DNA of 64,000 nt from an uncultured delta proteobacterium. GTDB taxonomy: Bacteria > Desulfobacterota > Desulfobacteria > Desulfobacterales > UBA2156. Position 1 is the stretch's first letter. Each line of letters opens with the position of its first letter. The stretch spans positions 97,370-161,369 of the forward strand of contig CAVTQK010000006.1 of assembly GCA_963736855.1 (NCBI GenBank), given 5' to 3'. The notes under the pieces were generated by a model. It was not told the DNA's origin, ran no database searches, and saw only the letters and a list, made by a program, of their open reading frames with translations. Both the position numbers and the translations under genes were made by a program. Below, one piece after another: positions 27,495 to 38,045 of this stretch.

Positions 27495-30400
27495 ATGAAG
27501 ATTCTACGCTTTTTTGAAACGAAGGTGTGGCCTCGGACGGCCGGTATTGCAGGATGGCTTACGCCGTATCTTAAGGCCAACATCTTTTTCGCCAGGGCCT
27601 TATCAAGCGTTCCGGCTAATTCCATCGTCTTTTTTCCGGTTGCGATGAACCGTCTGTGTTGCGGTATTGCCGGAATCATATCATTCGTCCCTCCAAAGAA
27701 AATGCAACAGACACCGGATATCCAAGCGGCTGAAAAGCTGTTTGCCCGCATTCGATCCAACCCGATTTTCTTGCAGGTCGAAAAGGATCCTGAGAGCGGG
27801 GACCCGGAAAATCTGCGATCCCGCCTTTTTGATGCCGTTCGAATGCTCAAGCAAGATATCCCTTTTTCCCACATCCTTTTGAATCCGCACAGTTACGAGG
27901 GTCTGCTGCAACTTGGCCGGGATATCTCCGGTTTTGCGATATCGGAAGACACATGGCTGGCCGGGAAGATGGGAGTTTTAAAGCCTGAAACCGTGGAATA
28001 CGCCGTGCATGGCATCGAAACCCTGAAGGACGTATCCTGGTCTCTGCTTTCTGAAATCGGCGAAAATGTGATCAAGGTGAAGGCACTCCTGAAGGATCAG
28101 GAAAAGGACTACCCCTTACACGCGATCCTTACGGCCAAAAAAATCAATTCCGTACTCAACAGCATCGACCGCCTTGAAGTCAGGGGCCGGGACTCTGCCG
28201 GCATCTCCCTGATTGTGCTTCTCGACAAACCGGTCTTTGATGATTTTCAAAAGGCCCTGGATGCCCGGGACCTGACCGCATCGTTTCGAGATCGTATGGA
28301 AGCGGAATATTTAGTTAATCGGGGAATCGATTGCCGCGAAACCACCTATGAAAACAGTCGCCCCCTCGTCAGCGTGACTTTGACTTACAAAGTCGCTGCG
28401 GAAATCGGGAAACTGGGGGACAATGTCCGTTTTCTTCGAGGACAAATCCGAAATGATTCCATTTTTCATACCCTGATCCAGCACATTCCCCGGTATTACT
28501 CGATATTGTGCCACACCCGATGGGCTTCCATCGGCGGCATCACCGAAGCCAACTGCCATCCTGTAGACAACCATTGTCCGGGCACATCATCTCAAAAATC
28601 TGGCGTCATTCATGTCTGCTTGAACGGTGATATCGACAATTATCTGGATCTGAAAAGAACCTTTGACGAAAACGGGATCCGCATCCACCCCGAGGTCTCA
28701 ACGGACACTAAAATCATCCCCCTCCAAATTGGAAGCTATCTCAAAAAGGGCTTCGGAGTCGCGGAAGCGTTCCGCCTGGCGGTCAACGGGTTCGACGGGT
28801 CCCATGCCATTGCCATGCACACGGACTTAGCGCCGGGAAAGCTCTTTTTGGCCCAAAGGGGAAGCGGACAGGCGATTTTCGTCGGCATTGCCCCGGACCA
28901 TTACATCCCCGCCTCAGAGGTGTATGGTTTCGTGGAAGAAACTCCCGTTTACATCAAGTTGGAAGGCGACAAAGAAACGGCGGAAAAAACCAAAGGACAG
29001 ATCTTCATTCTCAATCAGGCTTGCGCCGGCGGGCTTTCAGGCATTTCCGCCATGGGGTATGACGGTTCCCCGATCTTGCTTTCGGATGCCGACTTGAAGA
29101 CCACGGCGATTACCTCCCGGGACATCGATCGACAAGGTTTCTCTCATTACTTTCTGAAAGAAATCTCCGAATCCCCTCGTTCGGTCAAACAGACCCTCCG
29201 GAATCGATGGCATATTGAGGAAGGCCCTCATCGACTGTACAAGGTAAGACTCGATGAGAAGTCCTTTCCGTCCGCCCTGCGGCAGGCATTCCTTGACAAC
29301 CAAATCCGACGGATCTTTTTCATCGGCCAGGGAACGGCCGGAGTCGCCGCCGCCGCCTGCGCTGAGATTTTCAACTATTACCTCAATGACTCTTTGCTGC
29401 ACATCCACGCAATGAAAGCCACCGAGCTGAGCGGGTTCCGTCTTGACGAAAAAGATGGGGCGACCGATATGGCCGACGCCCTGGTGGTTGCCATCTCCCA
29501 GTCCGGAACCACTACCGATACCAATCGGACTGTGGACATGGTCAGGGAAAGAGGGGCGCATACTCTGGCTATCGTGAATCGGAGGGACTCGGACATCACT
29601 TTCAAGGTTGACGGCATCTTCTATACCAGCAGTGGCCGGGACATCGAGATGTCCGTGGCTTCCACCAAGGCCTTCTATTCCCAAATCGTGGCCGGGGCGC
29701 TCTTGGGCCTTTACATCACTGATCTGAAAAATCGCCGGGACGCCGCGTTTATTTCCAAAGAGATCCAAAACCTTCTCCGACTCCCGGAGCAGATGGAAAC
29801 AATTCTTTCCACAAAAGATAAAATCGCTGCATCGGCTGCCAGGCTGGCCGTCACAAAAACCTATTGGGCAGTTGTGGGAAGCGGTCCCAACAAGGTGTCC
29901 GCAGACGAAATCCGGATCAAACTGAGCGAATTGTGTTATAAAACCATCTCTTCGGACTATGTGGAGGATAAAAAACATATCGATCTTTCCTCGGAACCCT
30001 TGATTATTGTATGTGCCGCCGGCACTAAAACCACCGTCATTTCCGACATCGTCAAAGACACAGCCATCTTTCATGCTCACAAGGCAACCCCCATCGTCAT
30101 AACCGACGATGGAGATCATCGGTTTGATCCCTATGCCGCAGACGTCTTTCATGTTCCCATGGTCGACCAGCACCTCGCCCCCATATTGAATACCCTGGTA
30201 GGACACATTTGGGGGTATTACGCCGCCTTGGCCATCAATGAGGGCTCCCGATTCCTCTTTGATTTTCGGTCAAACCTCCAGAAAATCATAGATGACCACT
30301 CAGCAAAAGGGTTGGACATCTACGAATTAATGCTGGAGGAAACGTTTCGGGAAAAAATTATTTCATTTTACCATGCATTCCGCAAGAAGAAGGCCGACCA

Positions 30401-31238
30401 CCGGTTCTCCGGCACCATCGGTTTCGACATCGCATCGGAACTGCCCCTTTTGCTCAAATATCTATCCGGCAGGCTCCCGGTGACAGACTTCGAGCTCGAT
30501 TTCGGTCTCAAGGGGACAGCCTCCAACATGCTGCAATCCCTGTTTCATTATCTGGGCAAATCCATCAACCAAATGGCCCGACCGGTGGACGCCATCAAGC
30601 ATCAGGCCAAGACCGTCACTGTCGGGACCAGCCGGATCCGTGAAAAGGTAGAGGGGATCCTTTTTGACACCCTTTTTGCACGCCGGTTCGACATCTCCCA
30701 GATCACCAACAAGAACGTCATCGTCTTGAAAAATCTGCAGGCGATCATTCGGACGATCAATGGATCGACCCTATATCGAATCCACGGATTGAATCTGCTG
30801 GGAGAACCCTCCGACGAAACCACCATCGAAATGGTGGCAAGGGATGGCACATCCCTTACGATCCCTTCCCGCGTCGAAAAGGACACAACGCTGAAAGGTA
30901 CCAAACGAATCATCGTCCGGGAGGGAAATGTTTACATCGGCAAAGGGCGAAAAGACGACCGCAGCATCTTGATCATTCCCATCATCTCCCTTTCCAGCGA
31001 TCAGCCGAACTTTATCGAACACCTGTTGCTTTTGGATGTCTCCTTCAAAACGGATGTCTCCTTATCGGACAAGATAAAGGCTCTCGGCGGCAAATACGAA
31101 CGGATCAAAAACATCGTTCAGGAAAACAGCTTGTCCTGGGAAGACGCCTATCTTAATGCCATCAAGATGGATGAGCTGTTTGGAAGGTCGGCGGAAAAAA
31201 TCGGCGAGCAGATCGTCGATCGCTTTAAGAAGGGATGA
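27495..31238 (+). CDS. Giant GlmS-like glutamine amidotransferase/SIS protein
   Basis: CGIAGI, RGRDSAG, HTRWA, NGDIDN, SQSGTT, VASTKAF, KLSEL, AKTVTV; 1247 aa with large inserts. Confidence 0.85.
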   Translation: MKILRFFETKVWPRTAGIAGWLTPYLKANIFFARALSSVPANSIVFFPVAMNRLCCGIAGIISFVPPKKMQQTPDIQAAEKLFARIRSNPIFLQVEKDPESGDPENLRSRLFDAVRMLKQDIPFSHILLNPHSYEGLLQLGRDISGFAISEDTWLAGKMGVLKPETVEYAVHGIETLKDVSWSLLSEIGENVIKVKALLKDQEKDYPLHAILTAKKINSVLNSIDRLEVRGRDSAGISLIVLLDKPVFDDFQKALDARDLTASFRDRMEAEYLVNRGIDCRETTYENSRPLVSVTLTYKVAAEIGKLGDNVRFLRGQIRNDSIFHTLIQHIPRYYSILCHTRWASIGGITEANCHPVDNHCPGTSSQKSGVIHVCLNGDIDNYLDLKRTFDENGIRIHPEVSTDTKIIPLQIGSYLKKGFGVAEAFRLAVNGFDGSHAIAMHTDLAPGKLFLAQRGSGQAIFVGIAPDHYIPASEVYGFVEETPVYIKLEGDKETAEKTKGQIFILNQACAGGLSGISAMGYDGSPILLSDADLKTTAITSRDIDRQGFSHYFLKEISESPRSVKQTLRNRWHIEEGPHRLYKVRLDEKSFPSALRQAFLDNQIRRIFFIGQGTAGVAAAACAEIFNYYLNDSLLHIHAMKATELSGFRLDEKDGATDMADALVVAISQSGTTTDTNRTVDMVRERGAHTLAIVNRRDSDITFKVDGIFYTSSGRDIEMSVASTKAFYSQIVAGALLGLYITDLKNRRDAAFISKEIQNLLRLPEQMETILSTKDKIAASAARLAVTKTYWAVVGSGPNKVSADEIRIKLSELCYKTISSDYVEDKKHIDLSSEPLIIVCAAGTKTTVISDIVKDTAIFHAHKATPIVITDDGDHRFDPYAADVFHVPMVDQHLAPILNTLVGHIWGYYAALAINEGSRFLFDFRSNLQKIIDDHSAKGLDIYELMLEETFREKIISFYHAFRKKKADHRFSGTIGFDIASELPLLLKYLSGRLPVTDFELDFGLKGTASNMLQSLFHYLGKSINQMARPVDAIKHQAKTVTVGTSRIREKVEGILFDTLFARRFDISQITNKNVIVLKNLQAIIRTINGSTLYRIHGLNLLGEPSDETTIEMVARDGTSLTIPSRVEKDTTLKGTKRIIVREGNVYIGKGRKDDRSILIIPIISLSSDQPNFIEHLLLLDVSFKTDVSLSDKIKALGGKYERIKNIVQENSLSWEDAYLNAIKMDELFGRSAEKIGEQIVDRFKKG

Positions 31239-31250
31239 GTTGCCCCAGAC

Positions 31251-33599
31251 TCAAGGCGTGTTCCAAAAAAGCCGGGCTCCCAAAGCATCTAAAAATGCAT
31301 CTGCGGCATGAGCTTTTAACCAGTCCAAACCCGATTCCTCTAGCGATTTAAAACCCGATTCAATGAAGAGTATCCCCAACTCCTGAGAGCCTTCGGTTTG
31401 AAGGATCCGGATGAGTTCAGAAACGATAGCTTCCTGAAAAAGCTCCATGAGGGCATGCAGGGCAAACTCCCTCTTGCGAAAATCCCCCTGGCGTAGATCG
31501 GATAAAAGAATTTCCCTGGCCTGGGTCGCTTCAGGAGTCACACTCCGGTTGGATAGGGCCAGATCGTAATAAAGTTGTTCTGCCTGCGTTTTCGGCTGCC
31601 ATCCGAACCCGGCAAGGGCCGCCGCCGCTTGATGTCCTGCCCATCGATCCGGCAGGGAATCCACCAAGGCGGGTATCGCTTTGGGATCCTTGATCTTTCC
31701 CAGTCCCTGGACCGCAAAATATCGGACCTCCGGGCTTCGATGGAATACGACTCCCATCAATGCGCCAATGGCCGCCGGATTCCCGATCTCCGTCAGAGCT
31801 TTGACCGCCCTCCATAGACGGTCCGGGTCCTGTATTTCTACCAACTGCACTAGAGGGAAAACGGCAAGTTCACCGATTTTGACAAGGATATCCGAACAGC
31901 GGCTTTGAATCACCGGATCCGGATCCGACAGGTGTTCGATCAAACCCGGAACAGCCGACGCTCCGGTTTCAATTAAAATACCGGTAACCGTTTCTTCGAT
32001 ATGCACATCCGCCCGGTTCAGCAATCTGATCAGCGATTCCACAGCCGGAGCACCTATTTTTCTTAAAGTGGCTTCGGCCAGGCTTTGAACGGGTGATTCC
32101 GGATCCTCCATGGCCTGGATCAAGGGCGAAACCGCCGGCTTACCTATTTTAGCCAGAGCTTCTGCAGAAACCTCCCGCATCTCCGGTTCTTCAGCCCCCA
32201 AGGTTTTCATCAAGGGGGCGATACCCTTTTCATCTCCAATCTCTCCGAGGGCTTTGACGCAACGGATCCGCATTGCCAAATCATCGGTTTTCAATCCCTC
32301 TTTGAGAAACGGTACTGCCGGAGAGCCGATGGCCGAAAGAAGCCGAACCGCCAGATCTCCTGTGGAAAGAGCATCCTCTTTGAGAATGGACATTAAAGGC
32401 TCCACTGCTGGAACCCCGATGGCAGGCACCACGTCCATCACTAAATCCTCGAATCGGGTTGGATCGGATGCCATTTCAATGAATAGGGGAGGCACGGCCT
32501 TGGCCCCGATTCCAATCAGTGCGGTGACAGCCACCTGCCGGGCACTTCCGTTTGCCGCTGCCGCCTGCATGAGAGGAATGACGGATGCTTCTCCTATGCT
32601 AATCAGCGCATCGGATGCAGCCCGACTTAGAAAAGGATCCTCCTTTTCGAGCGCTCTGATCAGGAATTCAACCGTCCGTTCATCTTTGATCTCACCCAAT
32701 GCTTTCGCGGCCAGCCGGGCAACCTCCAAGTCCGTATCTTCAACGGCCCGGATCAGCGGTTCCACAGCAACGGATCCGATCTTCGCTATGGCATGCGGTA
32801 TCTCGTGCAGTCCCGGTGAGGCCTTTTCATAGAGCGCTTCCATGATCGGTCCTACGGCTCTTTCATCGCCCAGATCGCCAAGGGCGATTGTTGCTGCAAT
32901 ACGAACCCTGTCCGGAAAGGGTGATCCAAAGGCTACAAGTAAAGGCGGAAGCGCCGATGGATCCTTGATCTTTCCTAGAATCCGGGCCGATGCTTCCTGA
33001 ATATGAACATCGACATGTTTCAGTGAAGCGATCAAAGGCACAACCGCCTCTGACCCGAACCCGATGAGCACCTGTTCCGTCACATACCGCACGCCCGGGT
33101 CATCGTGATCCAAAAGACGGATCAAGGTCGCCACAGCTCCTGGGTGGTCAATGGCTCCCAGAGCCAAAACAGCGCTTTGAACCACTTCGGGATCCGGATC
33201 CTGTAACAGCGCCATCAGGTTCGGCATCCATCCAGGGTCCTTTGTCCGACCCAAAGTCCGGGCTGCGTCCATTCTCGTTTCCGGTTCAGGGTCTCCGAGA
33301 TTCAGAACCGTTTGTCGAGAAACAGAGGCGCAGCCCTGTATGAATATCAAGATGGAGAAGGTAACCGAAAATAGACTGTGACAGAATGTTTTCCACCCAC
33401 ATATCCGTTGTCGGAAGCAGGCACGCCCGTCTCGGCAAATCAAGCCGACGCTAAACCAAGTCCCTTTTTGAATCTGGATGTCGATGATTTTTTCAGGCAC
33501 CTTAAAATTTTCCTTCCCGGCGGATTGCATTTGCTGAAATACGATAAGGTCGAACCGGCGGATTGTGCATCTTAGCGGATTATCCCCTTCGGTTGTCAA
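31251..33599 (-). CDS. HEAT/PBS-lyase repeat protein, possible lipoprotein (start uncertain, probably downstream of 33599)
   Basis: Many ALGxIG...AVxPLIxAL repeats; hydrophobic stretch ending IQGC. Confidence 0.85.
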   Translation of the reverse strand: MTTEGDNPLRCTIRRFDLIVFQQMQSAGKENFKVPEKIIDIQIQKGTWFSVGLICRDGRACFRQRICGWKTFCHSLFSVTFSILIFIQGCASVSRQTVLNLGDPEPETRMDAARTLGRTKDPGWMPNLMALLQDPDPEVVQSAVLALGAIDHPGAVATLIRLLDHDDPGVRYVTEQVLIGFGSEAVVPLIASLKHVDVHIQEASARILGKIKDPSALPPLLVAFGSPFPDRVRIAATIALGDLGDERAVGPIMEALYEKASPGLHEIPHAIAKIGSVAVEPLIRAVEDTDLEVARLAAKALGEIKDERTVEFLIRALEKEDPFLSRAASDALISIGEASVIPLMQAAAANGSARQVAVTALIGIGAKAVPPLFIEMASDPTRFEDLVMDVVPAIGVPAVEPLMSILKEDALSTGDLAVRLLSAIGSPAVPFLKEGLKTDDLAMRIRCVKALGEIGDEKGIAPLMKTLGAEEPEMREVSAEALAKIGKPAVSPLIQAMEDPESPVQSLAEATLRKIGAPAVESLIRLLNRADVHIEETVTGILIETGASAVPGLIEHLSDPDPVIQSRCSDILVKIGELAVFPLVQLVEIQDPDRLWRAVKALTEIGNPAAIGALMGVVFHRSPEVRYFAVQGLGKIKDPKAIPALVDSLPDRWAGHQAAAALAGFGWQPKTQAEQLYYDLALSNRSVTPEATQAREILLSDLRQGDFRKREFALHALMELFQEAIVSELIRILQTEGSQELGILFIESGFKSLEESGLDWLKAHAADAFLDALGARLFWNTP

Positions 33600-33694
33600 T
33601 GAAAAAGCGGCAACCTTGTTAAAACTTGGGTTTCAAGAACGGGATTACTTTTTTCTCCTTGAAAAGAGTCGCTGTTTTTCTTAAAATTCGGATT

Positions 33695-34441
33695 ATGGGA
33701 TACGTCTTTGACTTCAATGATGCTCTATCATATGAAATTTGGCTGGCGGATCCAAAAAATCAGTCCACCTTGAGGCTTCAAACACAGCTTGTCTTTGATT
33801 TGCTCCAACCGTCTCCCGGAGAAACGCTTCTTGACATCGGGTGCGGCGCCGGATTTCATCTGTCGGCTTTTGCGAGCCAAAAACTTCAAGTCACCGGAAT
33901 CGATCCTTCCCCATACCTGCTTGATATCGCTTATAAAACCCTGGGAAATCGGGTGGACCTGCATCGGGGTTTTGCCGAAGATCTTCCCTTTGACGACAAT
34001 GAATTCAATTACGCGTGTCTGATTACCGTTCTGGAATTCGCTGAAAATCCCCAAAAAGCCCTTCAGGAGGCGTTTCGGGTGGCCAAGGATCGGGTGATCC
34101 TGGGGATATTGAACCGATATGCCCTCAAGGGATTGGAACGCCGAATTAAAGGGATTTTCACTCATACCATTTATAACAGAGCTCGATTTTTCAGTATCTG
34201 GGAGATCAAACGTATGGCTTTTTCACTCTTGGGTGAGGTCCCTATCACCTGGGGAACGATATGCCAGCTCCCGATTTCTACCAGCCGAATGGCCAGACGG
34301 ATCCAGATGTCTCCGATGATACAGCGGTGGCCCTTTGGGGCCTTTGCAGCCATTTCCGTGACGCTGGCTCCGCGCTTCAGGACCTGGTCGCTTCCATTGG
34401 AATTTGGAGCCAAACACACCATCAGCTCTTTAACGGGGTGA
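33695..34441 (+). CDS. Class I SAM-dependent methyltransferase
   Basis: LLDIGCGAG, GIDPS, AEDLPFDD. Confidence 0.88.
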   Translation: MGYVFDFNDALSYEIWLADPKNQSTLRLQTQLVFDLLQPSPGETLLDIGCGAGFHLSAFASQKLQVTGIDPSPYLLDIAYKTLGNRVDLHRGFAEDLPFDDNEFNYACLITVLEFAENPQKALQEAFRVAKDRVILGILNRYALKGLERRIKGIFTHTIYNRARFFSIWEIKRMAFSLLGEVPITWGTICQLPISTSRMARRIQMSPMIQRWPFGAFAAISVTLAPRFRTWSLPLEFGAKHTISSLTG

Positions 34442-34444
34442 CAT

Positions 34445-35461
34445 ATGGAAGCGGTTCTCTATGATAAACAGGCGGATAAGCTATTGGTAAATTGCCGGCT
34501 TTGCAACCATCGCTGCCTCATACCGGAAGGAAAACGCGGGATCTGTGGGGTTCGGGAAAACCAATCCGGCATTCTGAAAACCCTGGTCTACGGTAAACTC
34601 GTTGCCCAACACGTTGACCCTATTGAGAAAAAGCCGCTTTTTCATTTTTTACCCGGGACCCTTTCTTATTCCATCGCCACGGCAGGATGCAATTTCAAGT
34701 GTGATTTTTGCCAGAATGCAGACATCTCGCAGATGCCCTCGGATAGAGGGGGCATGATCCTGGGGAAAGATTCAACACCCCAAGATATTGTGGACGCCGC
34801 CCTTGGATCTCAGTGCGACAGCATTTCTTATACCTACACGGAACCCACCGTCTTTTTCGAATTTGCATTTGATACGGCCCGCCTCGCCCATGATAAGGGG
34901 CTTAAAAATGTTTTTGTGACCAATGGATATATGACTTTAGAGGCTCTGGATAGGATCCGGCCTTTCCTGCATGCAGCCAATGTGGATCTCAAGGCTTTCC
35001 GCGACAGCTTTTACAAGAAGCACTGCGGTGCAAAGCTTGAACCGGTTAAAGAAACTCTGATCCATATGAAATCTTTGGGGATCCTTGTTGAGGTAACCAC
35101 CTTGTTGATTCCGGAGCTTAATGACGATCCCGCAGAATTAAAGGAGCTGGCCGCCTTTTTAGCCGAATCCCTCGGGACGGATACGCCATGGCATATCAGC
35201 CGGTTTCATCCCACCTACCGGCTGATGGATCGTCCCGTCACTCCGGTGCAAACCCTCAGGAACGCCCGCCGCATCGGCACTGAGGCTGGGTTGAAATACG
35301 TTTACATGGGAAACGTCCCCGGAGAAGATGGAGAAAAGACCTTTTGCCCTGCCTGCAAGGCGCTGCTCATTGACCGATGGGGATTCTCTGTAAAGAAAAA
35401 TGTTATTGAAGCCGGCCGGTGTCCCCGCTGCGGTGCCGCGATCGAAGGGGTCTGGGGATGA
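34445..35461 (+). CDS. AmmeMemoRadiSam-type (PflA-like) radical SAM enzyme
   Basis: CRLCNHRC, DPIEKKPLFHF, GCNFKCDFCQN, YTYTEP, SRFHP. Confidence 0.9.
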   Translation: MEAVLYDKQADKLLVNCRLCNHRCLIPEGKRGICGVRENQSGILKTLVYGKLVAQHVDPIEKKPLFHFLPGTLSYSIATAGCNFKCDFCQNADISQMPSDRGGMILGKDSTPQDIVDAALGSQCDSISYTYTEPTVFFEFAFDTARLAHDKGLKNVFVTNGYMTLEALDRIRPFLHAANVDLKAFRDSFYKKHCGAKLEPVKETLIHMKSLGILVEVTTLLIPELNDDPAELKELAAFLAESLGTDTPWHISRFHPTYRLMDRPVTPVQTLRNARRIGTEAGLKYVYMGNVPGEDGEKTFCPACKALLIDRWGFSVKKNVIEAGRCPRCGAAIEGVWG

Positions 35462-35477
35462 TACAGTAGGCTACCCC

Positions 35478-35681
35478 TTATTTCAAACCGGCCTCGTAAC
35501 AGCGGCGCTCCATATAATATCGGGTTTTAGGGTCATACGCCGCTTCGTTTTCATGGATATATTTCGCGCCCCCCTCCCAGGCTCCGCAGGCTAGTACCAC
35601 GGTGTCCCCAAGCGAAAATTTCTTGCCACATGCAGGACACCCCTCTGCATTGAGGGAGTTGACCTTCTCAAGATCGAGCAT
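35478..35681 (-). CDS. Small Cys-rich hypothetical protein
   Basis: CPACG...ACGAW...H...C, 67 aa, GAGG upstream. Confidence 0.65.
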   Translation of the reverse strand: MLDLEKVNSLNAEGCPACGKKFSLGDTVVLACGAWEGGAKYIHENEAAYDPKTRYYMERRCYEAGLK

Positions 35682-35771
35682 GAGTTTTTCCTCTTTTTTC
35701 ACAAATCCTCCCACTCTTCGATTCCCAAAATCCGACACCTTCCGTCGCCTGATTATATTTTGAGCTCCGGC

Positions 35772-36266
35772 TTAATTCAGGCGCACACGCTTTTTGAGGC
35801 GCTGAGCGCTCTTTTCATCCCTGAAGGAGACGAGTGTGATCGGTGAGTGACGGAACATTTTTTCCGCCACAGATCCCACCAGGAAGTGTTCCAATTCCGT
35901 GTGCGCCTTGATCCCGACGACGATCATATCGGCCCCCTCTTCAACGGCAACCCGGATCAGGGTTTCCGTCGGATGGCCGACCTTGAATATCGATTTGAAT
36001 CTTTGCTGAGGGAATGCTGTTTCTTGAATCAGGGAGTCAAGAAGGCGCTGCCGGTCTTCTTTCAGCCGAGCCACATAATTCTCACCGCTGATTTCATACC
36101 CCATCAGGGCAATCTTCGAGATGCCGTCCACATCTCTTTCATTGATGACATTAACGGCCACAAGATCGGAATTCAGCTTTAAAGCAAGCCCTGCGGCAAA
36201 ATCAAACAGCTCGGATACATTCTCCGAAAATTCCATGGCAACCATCACCTTGCGGATTTCTTTCAT
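35772..36266 (-). CDS. Universal stress protein
   Basis: ADMIVVG...FLVGSVAEKMFRHSP. Confidence 0.9.
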   Translation of the reverse strand: MKEIRKVMVAMEFSENVSELFDFAAGLALKLNSDLVAVNVINERDVDGISKIALMGYEISGENYVARLKEDRQRLLDSLIQETAFPQQRFKSIFKVGHPTETLIRVAVEEGADMIVVGIKAHTELEHFLVGSVAEKMFRHSPITLVSFRDEKSAQRLKKRVRLN

Positions 36267-36459
36267 AAGAGCCTCCTCACACAGAGAAAGTACGCTATTT
36301 ATAAAAAGCAGATGATCAGTTGGATTACCTGAATAGATAGTAATTCAGAACAATAGCTTTTCGACATGATATCCGAACACGGATTTTTAGAATTTTATAT
36401 CAAAACAAAATCCGCGGCACAAGCCTGGATTAAAAACGATTTTCGGTATCCTTGAAAAC

Positions 36460-36494
36460 GAAACGCCTGGCCGAAAATATTGGCCGGGCGTTTC
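36460..36494 (-). terminator. Terminator-like hairpin downstream of metF copy 1
   Basis: GAAACGCCTGGCC-loop-GGCCGGGCGTTTC. Confidence 0.55.
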
Positions 36495-36558
36495 TTTGAA
36501 TGATCCTGTCAGGAGCAAGCGATCCGGAACGTTTTGTCGTCGGTCCTTTCTGCCGTAA

Positions 36559-37485
36559 TTAATTCACTTTAGGGCGAGGCAAAACTTTGGCCATTTCGGC
36601 GATTTCCGGGACCTTATGCTCCCACTCAATGGCCATAAGGTGCACGCCAGCCACCCCTTTCAATTCCTTAAACTCTTCGATCTGCTCCACGGCCATCTTG
36701 ATTCCTTCCTCCCCCTGTTTTTTCTTGTCCACCCCCTGCAGGCGGCTGATGATCTCGTCAGGAACGTCCATCCCGGGAACCTTGTTCTTCATATACTTGG
36801 CCATGCCGATACTTTTCATGGGAGTGACCCCCGCCAGGATATAGGCTTTTTCCGTCAACCCCATGTCGTTGGCTTGTTTGATGAATTCCCGGAATTTATT
36901 CATGTTGTAGATGCATTGGGTCTGAATGAAATCGACGCCGGCGGCGACCTTTTTGGCCAAACGATGCACCCGCCATTCAAAAGGATCGGCGAAGGGGTTC
37001 GCAGCTGCTCCGATAAACATTTTTGGAGCCCCGTCCAGATCGGCGCCGCTTAGGAATTTCCCCTCGTCCCGCATCTTTTTGACCGTAGCGATCAGCTGTA
37101 TGGAGTCGATATCAAAAACTCCTTTGGCCTGAGGGTGATCCCCGAATTTGCAGTGGTCTCCGGACAGACATAAAATATTACGTATGCCGTGCGCGTAGGC
37201 ACCCAGGATGTCCGACTGCATGGCAAGGCGATTCCGGTCCCGGCACACCATCTGGTAGTTGGGTTCGATTCCATCCTGGATTAAAAAAATGCAGGAAGCC
37301 CAGCTTGACATTCGGACCATTGCGGTCTGGTTATCCGTGATGTTGACCGAATCGACATTCCCCTTCAAGAAAGCGGCCTTTTTTCGCACTTCTTCGGCGT
37401 TTGCACCCCTGGGTGGGCCCAATTCGCCGGTGAATGCAAAATGCCCTGCCCTTAAAACCTTTTCCAAATTGCTTCCTGATTTCAT
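36559..37485 (-). CDS. metF: Methylenetetrahydrofolate reductase (copy 1)
   Basis: GELGPP, NITDNQTA, CRDRNR, LCLSGDH, FIQTQ, GVHLMA. Confidence 0.93.
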   Translation of the reverse strand: MKSGSNLEKVLRAGHFAFTGELGPPRGANAEEVRKKAAFLKGNVDSVNITDNQTAMVRMSSWASCIFLIQDGIEPNYQMVCRDRNRLAMQSDILGAYAHGIRNILCLSGDHCKFGDHPQAKGVFDIDSIQLIATVKKMRDEGKFLSGADLDGAPKMFIGAAANPFADPFEWRVHRLAKKVAAGVDFIQTQCIYNMNKFREFIKQANDMGLTEKAYILAGVTPMKSIGMAKYMKNKVPGMDVPDEIISRLQGVDKKKQGEEGIKMAVEQIEEFKELKGVAGVHLMAIEWEHKVPEIAEMAKVLPRPKVN

Positions 37486-37539
37486 GGTCGTCTTTCCCTG
37501 CTATATTCCATGTTTAACGATATAAATCCCTGCCGAACA

Positions 37540-37776
37540 CTACTTCTTCTGCCCGGCGTTATCGGGTTTCGAGTATCCCGGTTGGACCAGGGTTCGAGGT
37601 CCGATGTCCTGCCAGTCATTGGCGGGATGCACCTTCATCATCAGATCGAGGCGCCCCTGCCTGGAAAGACGCTCAAAAATCATAAACCAGGCACAAGGCT
37701 GATCCGGATTGATTTCGCAGCTCCCTTTGTTGGTACCTCCGCAGGGACCGTTATACAATCCCTTGGCGCACATGGT
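37540..37776 (-). pseudogene. metV: MetV, 3' remnant only
   Basis: TMCAKGLYNGPCGGTNKGSCEINPDQPCAW matches the C-terminus of 46469-47140; similarity stops at ~37776, next to an IS end. Confidence 0.88.
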
Positions 37777-37799
37777 GTTATCACGGTCACACACTTCCA

Positions 37800-38045
37800 G
37801 GTAGTATATAATCTTTTGTGTAAATTTTAAAAAAGGGTAAAAAAAGGGCGCTTTTTCTTTAAAAGGGTTTTGGCAAAAAACACCATAAGAAAGGAAAAGC
37901 ACCCATGTAAGTAGAAATTAGCGTACCTGAGTTTGTAAATATTTTCAAGGAAATCCAGCAGCAGCCGGAGAATATTTTTGAGATGATCCGCGTAGAGATC
38001 AAAGAGAGCGTCGGTCAATACCTGAGCTAACTGATGGATTTGGAA
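37800..38045 (+). mobile_element. IS256-family remnant (left end plus decayed transposase N-terminus)
   Basis: End GGTAGTATATAATCTTTTGTGTAAA; manual translation M*VEISVPEFVNIFKEIQQQPENIFEMIRVEIKESVGQYLS*LMDLE with two stops. Confidence 0.65.

Noticed and set aside
29037..30206. 389-aa ORF on the - strand
   Set aside because: Antisense shadow of the GlmS-like gene
32110..32832. 240-aa ORF on the + strand
   Set aside because: Antisense shadow of the HEAT-repeat gene
34445..35461. Complete AmmeMemoRadiSam system
   Set aside because: AMMECR1 and Memo partner genes are not in the window
37777..37902. N-terminal extension of ORF 37540-37902 as a real MetV start
   Set aside because: It reads through the IS256-like end and has no similarity to the intact MetV N-terminus
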